Source: Gammaproteobacteria bacterium
Lineage (GTDB): Bacteria > Pseudomonadota > Gammaproteobacteria > Ga0077536
Direction of reading: 5' to 3'
Length of the DNA: 64,000 nucleotides
NCBI GenBank assembly: GCA_963662545.2
Contig: CAXXLL010000002.1
Location: 960,001 to 1,024,000, forward strand
Under the pieces are notes generated by a model that was not told where the DNA came from, ran no database searches, and worked only from the letters and a program-made list of their open reading frames with translations. Positions within the stretch are counted from its first letter, which is position 1; every line of letters starts with the position of its first letter. A program made the translations under genes and the position numbers. Below, piece by piece: positions 56,285 to 64,000 of this stretch.

Positions 56285-57229
56285 TTAATCAGCTTGCAGG
56301 CCAGTAAATGGCACCGGTATGTCCGGATGATCTGTGTCGACGAGAGGAAGCAGGGCATCCGACGGCAAGGCCGCATGGCCGGCGATCCAGTCTTTCATCC
56401 ACTGCGGGTCGTCTTCGCATCGCGGGTTATGCCATGGCAGCAGTGCGCGCAGCAAATACGGACCGACGTTGCGAACAACTGCGAAAATTTCGCGAATAAT
56501 TCCGGCGATACACTTAGGATGGTAGAGCTTACCGTCTTTCTTCAGGGCGGTAAGCATACCGATCACCCCAAACCCGACGACGTGGAAAGACCCGTGAAAG
56601 ACGCCTATGGCTCGCGGAAGGTATTGGCCGGAATAAGCCATGTAGGCGTCGAACGCGACCGTTTTGTGTTCGGTCTCTTCCACCATGTGCATGAGCCAGA
56701 ATGAAGATACGTACGGAGACGCACCCGTGAACAGTTGCCTTCTCTTATTGATGAGCCAATGGGTGAAGCCGTTGGTCATGGACTCGAATCCGGCGCTATA
56801 CGCAAGCCGTGTGCGCAAGCTTTTCTTTGACAATCTGTCATACGACGCCGCCAGGCGAGCTTCCACCCCAGCGAGCTCGGGATAGCCGTTAGCCTTCAAT
56901 AGCTCGTTCAAGCGCCTATGGCATTGATAATGGCGCGCTTCCTGGCCATTAAAGCCGCGCATGTCTTCCAGTATCTCGGGCTCGCTGATAAATGCGCTCG
57001 CCTCTTGATTTGTTTTTATGAGATAGGGCTCCAGATACGGCATGGTCAGAGACAAGCCGTTAAACAAGTGAGAGCGGGCGTTATTGCCAGGAACCCATAG
57101 GGCCGGGTCCAGGTCGTCCGGGAACTCGAAAGCGAATGGCCGCACGATGATCTCGTCGACCTCCTTCGGTTCGTAGTGATATTTTCGACGGCTCGTGCGC
57201 CGCGTCTGGTCGTCCTTCATCGCCATCAT
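56285..57229 (-). CDS. 'Predicted metal-dependent hydrolase' family protein (ExxH-rich, possibly diiron)
   Basis: FNGLS..MP..E, GQEARH...H and HMVEETEHKTVAFD. Confidence 0.75.
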   Translation of the reverse strand: MMAMKDDQTRRTSRRKYHYEPKEVDEIIVRPFAFEFPDDLDPALWVPGNNARSHLFNGLSLTMPYLEPYLIKTNQEASAFISEPEILEDMRGFNGQEARHYQCHRRLNELLKANGYPELAGVEARLAASYDRLSKKSLRTRLAYSAGFESMTNGFTHWLINKRRQLFTGASPYVSSFWLMHMVEETEHKTVAFDAYMAYSGQYLPRAIGVFHGSFHVVGFGVIGMLTALKKDGKLYHPKCIAGIIREIFAVVRNVGPYLLRALLPWHNPRCEDDPQWMKDWIAGHAALPSDALLPLVDTDHPDIPVPFTGLQAD

Positions 57230-57543
57230 GCTGCTACCCCCGTTCAGGAGCATGAACTCATTAAATCACAGACGCCATGGGCGCGCGCCTATCGGCGCGC
57301 ACAGCGGACGTCTTCCAAAGCTTGCTATCGCCGAGGCCTGTACCAGTCGCGTTAAAGCCTCCACCGTGCGATTCGTCCGATTTGGAATAGTGTTTGTACC
57401 CGGCTCTATATTCAAAAACGCAATATATTTATTTCCTTTTATTACTTCGGGATGTGTCCGTCATCCCCTAACATCGCCACGCATGTACAGGAGGCATGTG
57501 GGAATGGACCGGACTTTTGCAACATTTGGCCTTTGCGGCAGTC

Positions 57544-58761
57544 ATGTATACATACGATTCAATTGATCAAGGTTTCGTTGACGAGCGGGTCGCGCAATTC
57601 AGGGACCAAACCCGCCGATTTCTCGCCGGAGAACTAGGCGAAGACGAATACCGGCCACTGCGCCTGCGTAATGGCCTTTATATCCAGCGTCACGCGCCGA
57701 TGCTGCGCGTCGCGATTCCTTATGGAATGCTTTCTTCCAGGCAGTTGCGCAAACTCGCCACTATCGCCAGAACCTACGATCGCGGGTACGGACATTTCAC
57801 CACCCGCCAAAACATTCAATATAACTGGCCTCGCCTGGAAGACGTGCCCGACATTCTGGCTGACCTGGCTGACGTGCAAATGCATGCCATCCAAACGAGT
57901 GGCAATTGCGTACGCAACATCACTACGGATCATTTTGCGGGTATCGCGCCCGATGAAATCGTGAATCCGCTGGTATGGGCCGAACTCATCCGGCAGTGGT
58001 CGACTCTGCACCCGGAATTCGGTTTTCTGCCGCGTAAGTTCAAGATCGCCATCAGCGGCGCAGAGAACGATCGCGCGGCGATCAAGCTCCACGATATCGG
58101 CTTGCAGGCCGTCAAAGATGCCGGCGGCGAAGTGGGGTTTCGTGTTTACGTCGGCGGTGGTATGGGGCGCACGCCGATCATCGGGCAGGTGATCCGTGAA
58201 TTTTTGCACTGGCGCGACTTGCTGACCTACCTCGACGCGATCCTGCGGGTCTATAACCGCCACGGCCGGCGCGACAACATCTATAAGGCCCGCATCAAAA
58301 TACTCGTCAAACAGCTGACGCCCGCGCGATTTACCGACGAGGTAGAGCACGAGTGGGCATATCTGAAGGGACGCGACGGCACCTTGATCGAAGAGGAAGT
58401 CCGGCGTGCAACCGAGCAGTTCACGCAGCCGGCCTACGAAGATCTCGCGGACACCGACGACGAATTCGAGGCAACATTGAAGTCCGAGCGTGGCTTCGCA
58501 CGTTGGACTGAACGCAATGTGTACCCGCACAGAGTTTCCGGCTACGCGGCGGTCACGATATCTCTGAAGAAAACTGGCGTGCCGCCGGGCGACGCCAGCG
58601 CGAACCAGATGGATGCCATCGCCCGTCTTGCGGATTTGTTCAGTTTCGGCGAATTGCGCGTGACGCACGAACAGAACCTGGTGCTTGCGGACGTTCGCAA
58701 GGGCGACCTTCACGAATTGTGGAAGGCGCTGCGCGCACTGGGACTGGCGCGACCGAGGTAG
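57544..58761 (+). pseudogene. cysI: Sulfite/nitrite reductase hemoprotein, C-terminally truncated
   Basis: LRLRNGLY, HFTTRQNIQYNW, QTSGNCVRN, LPRKFKIA and GGGMGRTP; stops before the Fe-S/siroheme CCPG..C motifs. Confidence 0.85.
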
Positions 58762-58912
58762 ATGCTCCCGATCCCGCCGCCCTGTTATGACCGTAAAGGA
58801 TGAATTTTTGTCGGCACCTTATACCGCGTGGACAGCAATCGGTGTTGACGAGTTGTTTCCCGACCGAGGTCTGGTAGAGATAGAAATGATCGTTCATGCG
58901 CCTGGTGACTGA
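58762..58912 (+). pseudogene. C-terminal fragment of a RidA-family protein
   Basis: VKDEFL.APYTAWTAIGV.EL....LVEIE. Confidence 0.62.
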
Positions 58913-58944
58913 CCCCGGCGCGTTGCTGCTTTCCGTCGGGTCTA

Positions 58945-59430
58945 CTAGCGGGCGATCTCCTTGTGAGGCGCCCACTTATCTTTCGGATCCCGCCAGATGG
59001 TGAGGAAATCTCCCTTATCGTGAACCTCGAGGAAGGTGCATCCATCGGCACCAGCCGTCCAGGTATAAATCTGACCTTCGGGCGCAAAGAATCCCATGCC
59101 TTTCGTCAGCGCCTTCTTGTCGTCACCGTAGTGAAGTGAACCCTCGATGATGAAGTCTATCTGGTTACAATCGTGATGATGACGTGGGACGCACGTGCCA
59201 GGCGCGATCGTGTATTGGATCAGGCTGATCGTCGGTAGATTCAAGATCTCTTTCTCGACGATTCGATCGCCGAAGTGTTCGATGCCGTCAAAGGTGATCT
59301 GCCCGGCCGCAACGAGGTCAGCAAAATTCACCGCTGGGAGTTCGTTGATGTCGTAAAAGAAGGCCCTTATACGCTTGGGCTTCTCCTCTGCTTGGGCTCC
59401 GGCGCGTGTCTCAGTTTGAACGTTGGCCAT
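58945..59430 (-). CDS. Cupin-domain protein
   Basis: PRHHHDCNQIDFIIEGSL and PEGQIYTWTAG..GC.FLE. Confidence 0.8.
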   Translation of the reverse strand: MANVQTETRAGAQAEEKPKRIRAFFYDINELPAVNFADLVAAGQITFDGIEHFGDRIVEKEILNLPTISLIQYTIAPGTCVPRHHHDCNQIDFIIEGSLHYGDDKKALTKGMGFFAPEGQIYTWTAGADGCTFLEVHDKGDFLTIWRDPKDKWAPHKEIAR

Positions 59431-59882
59431 CCCTACCTCCTGCCTGTGACGAAGGTTCCAAACGAGCCCTTGTAACAAACTCTGCGGGAGCTCGTGAAGG
59501 AGTGTTGCAAGTGCGTGCAAGGCAACTGCATTTTATATCGAAGTGCCATGGAGTATAGGCGAAATAAAGGCACCGAACTAGCGAAATTATAGCCTTCTCC
59601 GACGCCTCGCTACTGCGGCATCATCGCGGGTCTCGCGGTGTTGTTCGTCCGTTTCCCGGTCGAACCGCGGCGACAGGAACAATAGCCCGCATATTGCGTC
59701 AAGGCGTTGCGATGTGCCGGCTAGTGTGCTGTCCCGTAATAAACCTTCATAATTCGCTGGTCCTCGCACCACGCTGCGGCGTTGCTCGTCGTTGCCGTAT
59801 TCCCGATACGACGCCTCCTCGCGCCTTGCACCGCGGCACGAGTCCTGCGCGACTTATCGAAGTTTATTACGGGACAGCCAAC

Positions 59883-61031
59883 TAAATAGGTGTTCCAAAA
59901 ACTCGATCAAATAAAAAGAACTCAGGTGACATTCAGAGATCAGAGGTTGTATCGAGCAATCTACGTTCCCGAAAGAGGTCACCTGAGTATGGATAGTTTA
60001 GTGTCATTGACGCGCTCACAGAAACGTCGCTTTAAGCGGTTGATTCAACGCAGCGATAACGGGCGGGTGGTTCGCCGCGCTCAAGTCCTGTTGCAGTTAG
60101 CTTCAGGCGTCTCACCGACGGCCGTGTCACGCAGTTTGTCGGTCGCGCGTTCAACGGTTTATCGATGGGTCACGCAATTCCAGACCGCGGGTGAAGCCTT
60201 TCTCGAGGCGTGCGGCTCGGGCCGGCGGGCGTATACGGTGGATGACACCCTGTTGGAGACGCTCGCCGAGTTAGTTGAGCAGCCGCCCAGTGATTATGGC
60301 TACCTGCGCAGTACGTGGACGAGCGAGATGCTGGCCGAGACGCTGAATTCGTTGCTGTCACGGCCCATTCACGCCTCTACGGTACGTCGCTGGCTAGTTA
60401 ATTTGGGATTCGGCTGGCGTCGTGCTCGTCCGACCTTACATCTGCGCGACCCACGGGCAGCCACGCGCCTGAAAGCCATTCATCGTGCGTTGTCTCGAGC
60501 CCCATCGGGGCATGAAGTGTTTTACGCCGATGAGGTCGATATCGACCTCAATCCCAAAATCGGTTTCCTTTGGTCTACTCAAGGTTGTCAACGTGCCATC
60601 CCCACGCCTGGGCAAAACCGGAAACGCTATCTGGCGGGCGCGCTGCACGCACGAACCGGTCGCGTTGCGTATGTCGAGGGCACACGGAAAAACAGCGACC
60701 TATTCCTTTGCCTGCTCGACCACCTGCGGCAAACTTACCGCGCCGCGCGTCGAATTATCTTGATCGTGGATAACTACATCATCCACAAATGTCGCTTGGC
60801 ACACGTCTGGCTAAAGCACAATCCGAAATTCCGATTGCTGTTCCAGCCGGCCTATCAGCCCTGGGTCAATGACATTGAGAAACTCTGGAAACAGTTGCAC
60901 GACAATGTCACCCGGAATCATCGTTACTCGACCATCGACCGTCTGATGGACGCAGTACGTGCCTTCATGCGTGCGGCAAGTCCATTCCCGGGAAACTGCC
61001 CGAGTGTCGCAAGATTTGGATCACCTATTTA
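59883..61031 (+). mobile_element. IS630-family insertion sequence
   Basis: IRs TAAATAGGTG(T/A)TCCAAA; duplicated TA in a CTAG target. Confidence 0.92.
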
Positions 61032-61032
61032 G
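59989..61032 (+). CDS. IS630 transposase
   Basis: YADEVDIDLNPKIG, IVDNYIIHK and PWVNDIEKLWK. Confidence 0.93.
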   Translation: MDSLVSLTRSQKRRFKRLIQRSDNGRVVRRAQVLLQLASGVSPTAVSRSLSVARSTVYRWVTQFQTAGEAFLEACGSGRRAYTVDDTLLETLAELVEQPPSDYGYLRSTWTSEMLAETLNSLLSRPIHASTVRRWLVNLGFGWRRARPTLHLRDPRAATRLKAIHRALSRAPSGHEVFYADEVDIDLNPKIGFLWSTQGCQRAIPTPGQNRKRYLAGALHARTGRVAYVEGTRKNSDLFLCLLDHLRQTYRAARRIILIVDNYIIHKCRLAHVWLKHNPKFRLLFQPAYQPWVNDIEKLWKQLHDNVTRNHRYSTIDRLMDAVRAFMRAASPFPGNCPSVARFGSPI

Positions 61033-61097
61033 TGTGAAGTGGTTTAACCATGGTAATGTGGATCGTTAACTTACCCGCTTCAAGAGATCGTAGGGTC

Positions 61098-62237
61098 ATG
61101 GAGAAAAAAGCGCTGGCCGTTATCCTCGGCTTGCTAATCAGCAGCACTGTTGCTTTCGCCGAACTCGAATTCGAAGTACTGACAACGGAGCGTCTCCCCG
61201 CCGAGCCCAACCCCCACTGGGTGTGGGTCAACGATATCAACTTCTTCAGCCTGCTGGATGGCAAAGCCTATCTGATCGACGGCGACAACGGCCGTTTTCT
61301 CGGCATGCTGGGGCTCGGGTATTTCCACAACAAGATCATATTTCCCGCGGATGGAAACGTGATTTATACGACCCAGACCTACTATTCGCGTGGCGCTTAC
61401 GGCGAGCGCACCGATTTCATCGGCATTTATGACGCGCGGGATTTGAAACCGATCGGTGAGATCGCCATCCCGAATAAACGCCTGACCGGGATACCTACCC
61501 AGGGCCACACAGCCATCACCGACGAGGATCGATTTATCCTCATCTACAACTTCACGCCGGCGCAATCTGTCACGGTCGTCGATGTGAAAGCGAGCAAAAC
61601 CTTGGGTGAAATCGAAACGCCCGGCTGCTCCCTGGTCTACCCGACAGGCTCGCATCGCTTTTTTATGATCTGCGGCGATGGATCCTTGGTTTCCCTGCAA
61701 CTCGATGACCGTGGCCGGGAAATTGACAAGACGGTTACTAAACCGGTTTTCGACCCGCTGGAAGATCCGATCGAGGAAGACGGCGTTCGCATCGGTAATC
61801 GATGGTCGTTCGTGTCCCGCGAGGGATATGTGTACACGTTCAACGGCGGCGCGGCGGATTTAGCGCTCTCGACCCCCTGGTCATTGCAGAGCACGGCCGA
61901 GCGCAAAGCGTCCTGGCGTGTCGGCGGTTTTCAGATAATCACCGCCCATGCGGCGAGTGGGCGCATGTTCGTCCTGATGCATAAGGGCGGTAAATTTACG
62001 TTTCAGGATCCCGCTGAAGAGATCTGGGTCTACGACCTTGAGCAGAAAGTCCGGCTACAACGCATCAAAGCCAAGCATCCAGCGACTGCCGTGCGGGTCA
62101 GTCAGGACCCCGAGCCGTTGTTGTATACGACGTTTATGGGTGATCCGATCCTCGATGTCTACGATGCCAATACCGGCAAACACCTGCGGACCGTGGAACA
62201 GCTGGGCATCTCACCGACATTTCTGCAAACCCCATGA
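61098..62237 (+). CDS. mauB: TTQ amine dehydrogenase large subunit (MauB/AauB-like beta-propeller)
   Basis: Signal peptide; TYYSRG..GERTD, YNFTPAQSVTVVD, PGC and C.DGSL. Confidence 0.88.
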   Translation: MEKKALAVILGLLISSTVAFAELEFEVLTTERLPAEPNPHWVWVNDINFFSLLDGKAYLIDGDNGRFLGMLGLGYFHNKIIFPADGNVIYTTQTYYSRGAYGERTDFIGIYDARDLKPIGEIAIPNKRLTGIPTQGHTAITDEDRFILIYNFTPAQSVTVVDVKASKTLGEIETPGCSLVYPTGSHRFFMICGDGSLVSLQLDDRGREIDKTVTKPVFDPLEDPIEEDGVRIGNRWSFVSREGYVYTFNGGAADLALSTPWSLQSTAERKASWRVGGFQIITAHAASGRMFVLMHKGGKFTFQDPAEEIWVYDLEQKVRLQRIKAKHPATAVRVSQDPEPLLYTTFMGDPILDVYDANTGKHLRTVEQLGISPTFLQTP

Positions 62238-62294
62238 AGAACGAGACAAAGGCGATTGGCAATCCCGGCAGCCGCGCCGCGTCAGGAGGTAGCG

Positions 62295-62816
62295 ATGTCC
62301 CGGTTGGATAGCTGGTCGGAGCGTATTTCCCGCAATCTCGCGAAGCGCACCTCGCGACGCAGTTTCCTCACCCGCCTGGGGACTGTGCTGGCGGGTACTG
62401 CCGCATACCCACTGTTGCCGGTCGCGCGCGGCGCGACCGAGGTGCAAGGCGAGCCCGAAGACCCAGGTGATCCGACTAACTGCAATTACTGGCGCTACTG
62501 CGGCATGGACGGCGCGTTGTGCTCATGCTGCGGAGGCACGACGAGCAGCTGTCCGCCCGGCACCGAGCCCTCGGTGGTGAGCTGGATCGGCACTTGCCGT
62601 AACCCGGCCGACAACAAGGACTACGTGATCTCCTATCACGATTGCTGCGGCAAAACGATCTGCCCGCGCTGCACGTGCACCCGCAATGAAGGCGTCGGAC
62701 CCATTTATAGACCCGCCAAGAGTAATGAGATCAACTGGTGCACGGCGAATGCCAATATGGTCATCAACTGCTCGAATGCCGCGATCATCGGGGTGGCGAC
62801 GAAGCCCGATCATTAA
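62295..62816 (+). CDS. mauA: TTQ amine dehydrogenase small subunit (MauA/AauA-like)
   Basis: Tat signal SRRSFL; C.YWRYC..DG..C.CCGG....CPPG, SWIG, YHDCCG and INWC (both TTQ Trp residues present). Confidence 0.92.
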   Translation: MSRLDSWSERISRNLAKRTSRRSFLTRLGTVLAGTAAYPLLPVARGATEVQGEPEDPGDPTNCNYWRYCGMDGALCSCCGGTTSSCPPGTEPSVVSWIGTCRNPADNKDYVISYHDCCGKTICPRCTCTRNEGVGPIYRPAKSNEINWCTANANMVINCSNAAIIGVATKPDH

Positions 62817-62987
62817 TCAAAGCCAGGCATCGATCCCCTTTTACTGCAACGCCATATTCCGGATTTACCAGATGTCCGGGCTGGGGACCTTTAACTTCGG
62901 CTTGCCCGGCAACGTCGGTTTAGAGTTCGGAATACCCGCAGCGCCGTAACGCGCTGCGGGTAACGAACGTAGATCCTTAGCCCGTGC

Positions 62988-63389
62988 TCAATCGATGAGC
63001 GCGATGCACTCGATCTCGAGCATCAGTTCGGGCGCCGCTAGGCGCGTGCAACCGATCCAAGTCGAGGCCGGTGGCGCGGAAGCCGCTTCTTCATAGAACT
63101 TGATGCGAACGTCGTTGTTCGCTTCGAGCGCTTCTATGTCGGTGGTAAAGACGGTTTCCTTGATCACGTTCTGGAAAGTTGCGCCGTTCGCTTCCAGAAT
63201 TTCCTTGAGATCCGTGTAGACCGCCGCGATCTGGGCTTTCATGTCACCCTCGCCGATGATGTTCCCCTCGGCGTCCCAGCTGACGCAGCCCGAGATGTAC
63301 AAAGTATTGCCGGCCTTGACCGCTTGAGCGTAGTAGAATCCTTTCTCTAGTTCGGGACGTTTGTGATAGATCTGATTGGCGTTGGGCAT
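62988..63389 (-). CDS. RidA-family protein
   Basis: YAQAVKAGNTLYISG and PPASTWIG..RL....LMLEIE. Confidence 0.88.
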   Translation of the reverse strand: MPNANQIYHKRPELEKGFYYAQAVKAGNTLYISGCVSWDAEGNIIGEGDMKAQIAAVYTDLKEILEANGATFQNVIKETVFTTDIEALEANNDVRIKFYEEAASAPPASTWIGCTRLAAPELMLEIECIALID

Positions 63390-63535
63390 GGTGTTCCTCC
63401 GAATTATCGTTCTCTCATCAATACTGACGGATCGACGTGCCGGGTGGAGTCAGTGACCCCGCCCGGACGACTTGAGAGTTTACACGTATTGGCGGCTTGC
63501 GCCGCGGTTGATTAGAAGTTGATACGAACGGTTGC

Positions 63536-63868
63536 AGTGACCCACCGCTAGGCCGCGTCGGCATGACCGAGCGCGAGGTGCGCGCATCGGGCCGCCGCGC
63601 ACTGATCGGCAAACGCATGATGACGCGCGTCGGTCGTGCGCGGGAATTCGGCGACACGCGGGGCTTCATGAAGGTCATCGTCGACGCTGACACCGAAGAA
63701 ATCCTCGGTGCCGCCATCCTCGGGCTCAATGGCGACGAAGCCGTGCAGTCGCTACTCGACATGATGTACGCAGGGAAACCCTACACAACCATTGCCAGGG
63801 CCGTGCACATACATCCCACCGTCTCGGAACTGATACCAACGATGTTGCAGGATTTGAAACCGCTTTAG
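63536..63868 (+). pseudogene. Pyridine nucleotide-disulfide oxidoreductase dimerisation-domain fragment (5' part missing)
   Basis: DPPLGRVGMTE, GFMKVIVD..T.EILGA and HIHPTVSE; no FAD/NAD domains upstream. Confidence 0.78.
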
Positions 63869-63918
63869 GGCAGCGACGACGAGGGCGGCTTGGCCGTGCC
63901 TTCGTTAATGTGCGGGAT

Positions 63919-64000
63919 CTACAGAGTCTCTGCGAATTCCCTGATCCGCGCGGCCAGCGCCTCGGGCTGATCGAGCGACAGGAAGTGCCCGGCATGCGCG
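63919..64000 (-). CDS. Alpha/beta hydrolase C-terminus (runs off the window end)
   Basis: AHAGHFLSLDQPEALAARIREF*. Confidence 0.6.
   Translation of the reverse strand, partial: AHAGHFLSLDQPEALAARIREFAETL

Noticed and set aside
36459-58713. Long antisense ORFs (e.g. 36459-37532, 42484-43686, 50216-51352, 57634-58713)
   Set aside because: They are shadow ORFs opposite well-supported genes in high-GC DNA and show no recognisable motifs.
59505-59550. sigma54 promoter upstream of the cupin gene
   Set aside because: TGGCAC and TTGC elements are present but not at the required -24/-12 spacing.
63536-63868. Mercuric reductase merA or mercury resistance
   Set aside because: Only a dimerisation-domain fragment is present, with no C-terminal Cys pair and no mer genes.
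1-64000. tRNA, rRNA or prophage genes
   Set aside because: None were recognised by eye; tRNAscan-SE and Infernal were not run, so small RNAs could have been missed.

Overview
High-GC (~60%) chromosomal window, probably from an environmental Gammaproteobacterium (inferred from gene content and GTAG-type REPs). It has three parts. (1) 1-18.4 kb: aromatic, lipid and CoA catabolic genes (thiolase/OB-fold/MaoC module, aldehyde ferredoxin oxidoreductase, FAD monooxygenase, epoxide hydrolase, acyl-CoA ligase, a dead haloalkane dehalogenase) with an IS10-like IS4 element. (2) ~18.4-37.7 kb: a sedentary chromosomal integron with intI (+ strand, split by one in-frame TAG), attI near 36113 and about 21 minus-strand cassettes. 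The cassettes are separated by a ~110-bp attC family and include six toxin-antitoxin modules, five paralogues of one uncharacterised membrane-anchored protein family and one ORF-less cassette. The array also holds four IS insertions and a 147-bp MITE inserted exactly at an attC crossover point, and it decays towards its distal end. (3) 37.8-64 kb: more catabolic genes (keto-acid decarboxylase, acyl-CoA dehydrogenases, a divergent acetone-carboxylase-like acxABC, 5-oxoprolinase, a styrene-oxide-isomerase homologue, a truncated cysI, IS630, and a minimal mauBA amine dehydrogenase). The most novel-looking signals lie in the array: a conserved ~24-bp motif at a fixed distance inside the R'' box of unrelated cassettes, the attC-inserted MITE, a near-invariant GCGNAGC mini-hairpin in the attC loop, the repeated unknown cassette family, and toxin-only inactivation in the old cassettes. 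All protein calls come from reading motifs by eye; no database search was run.
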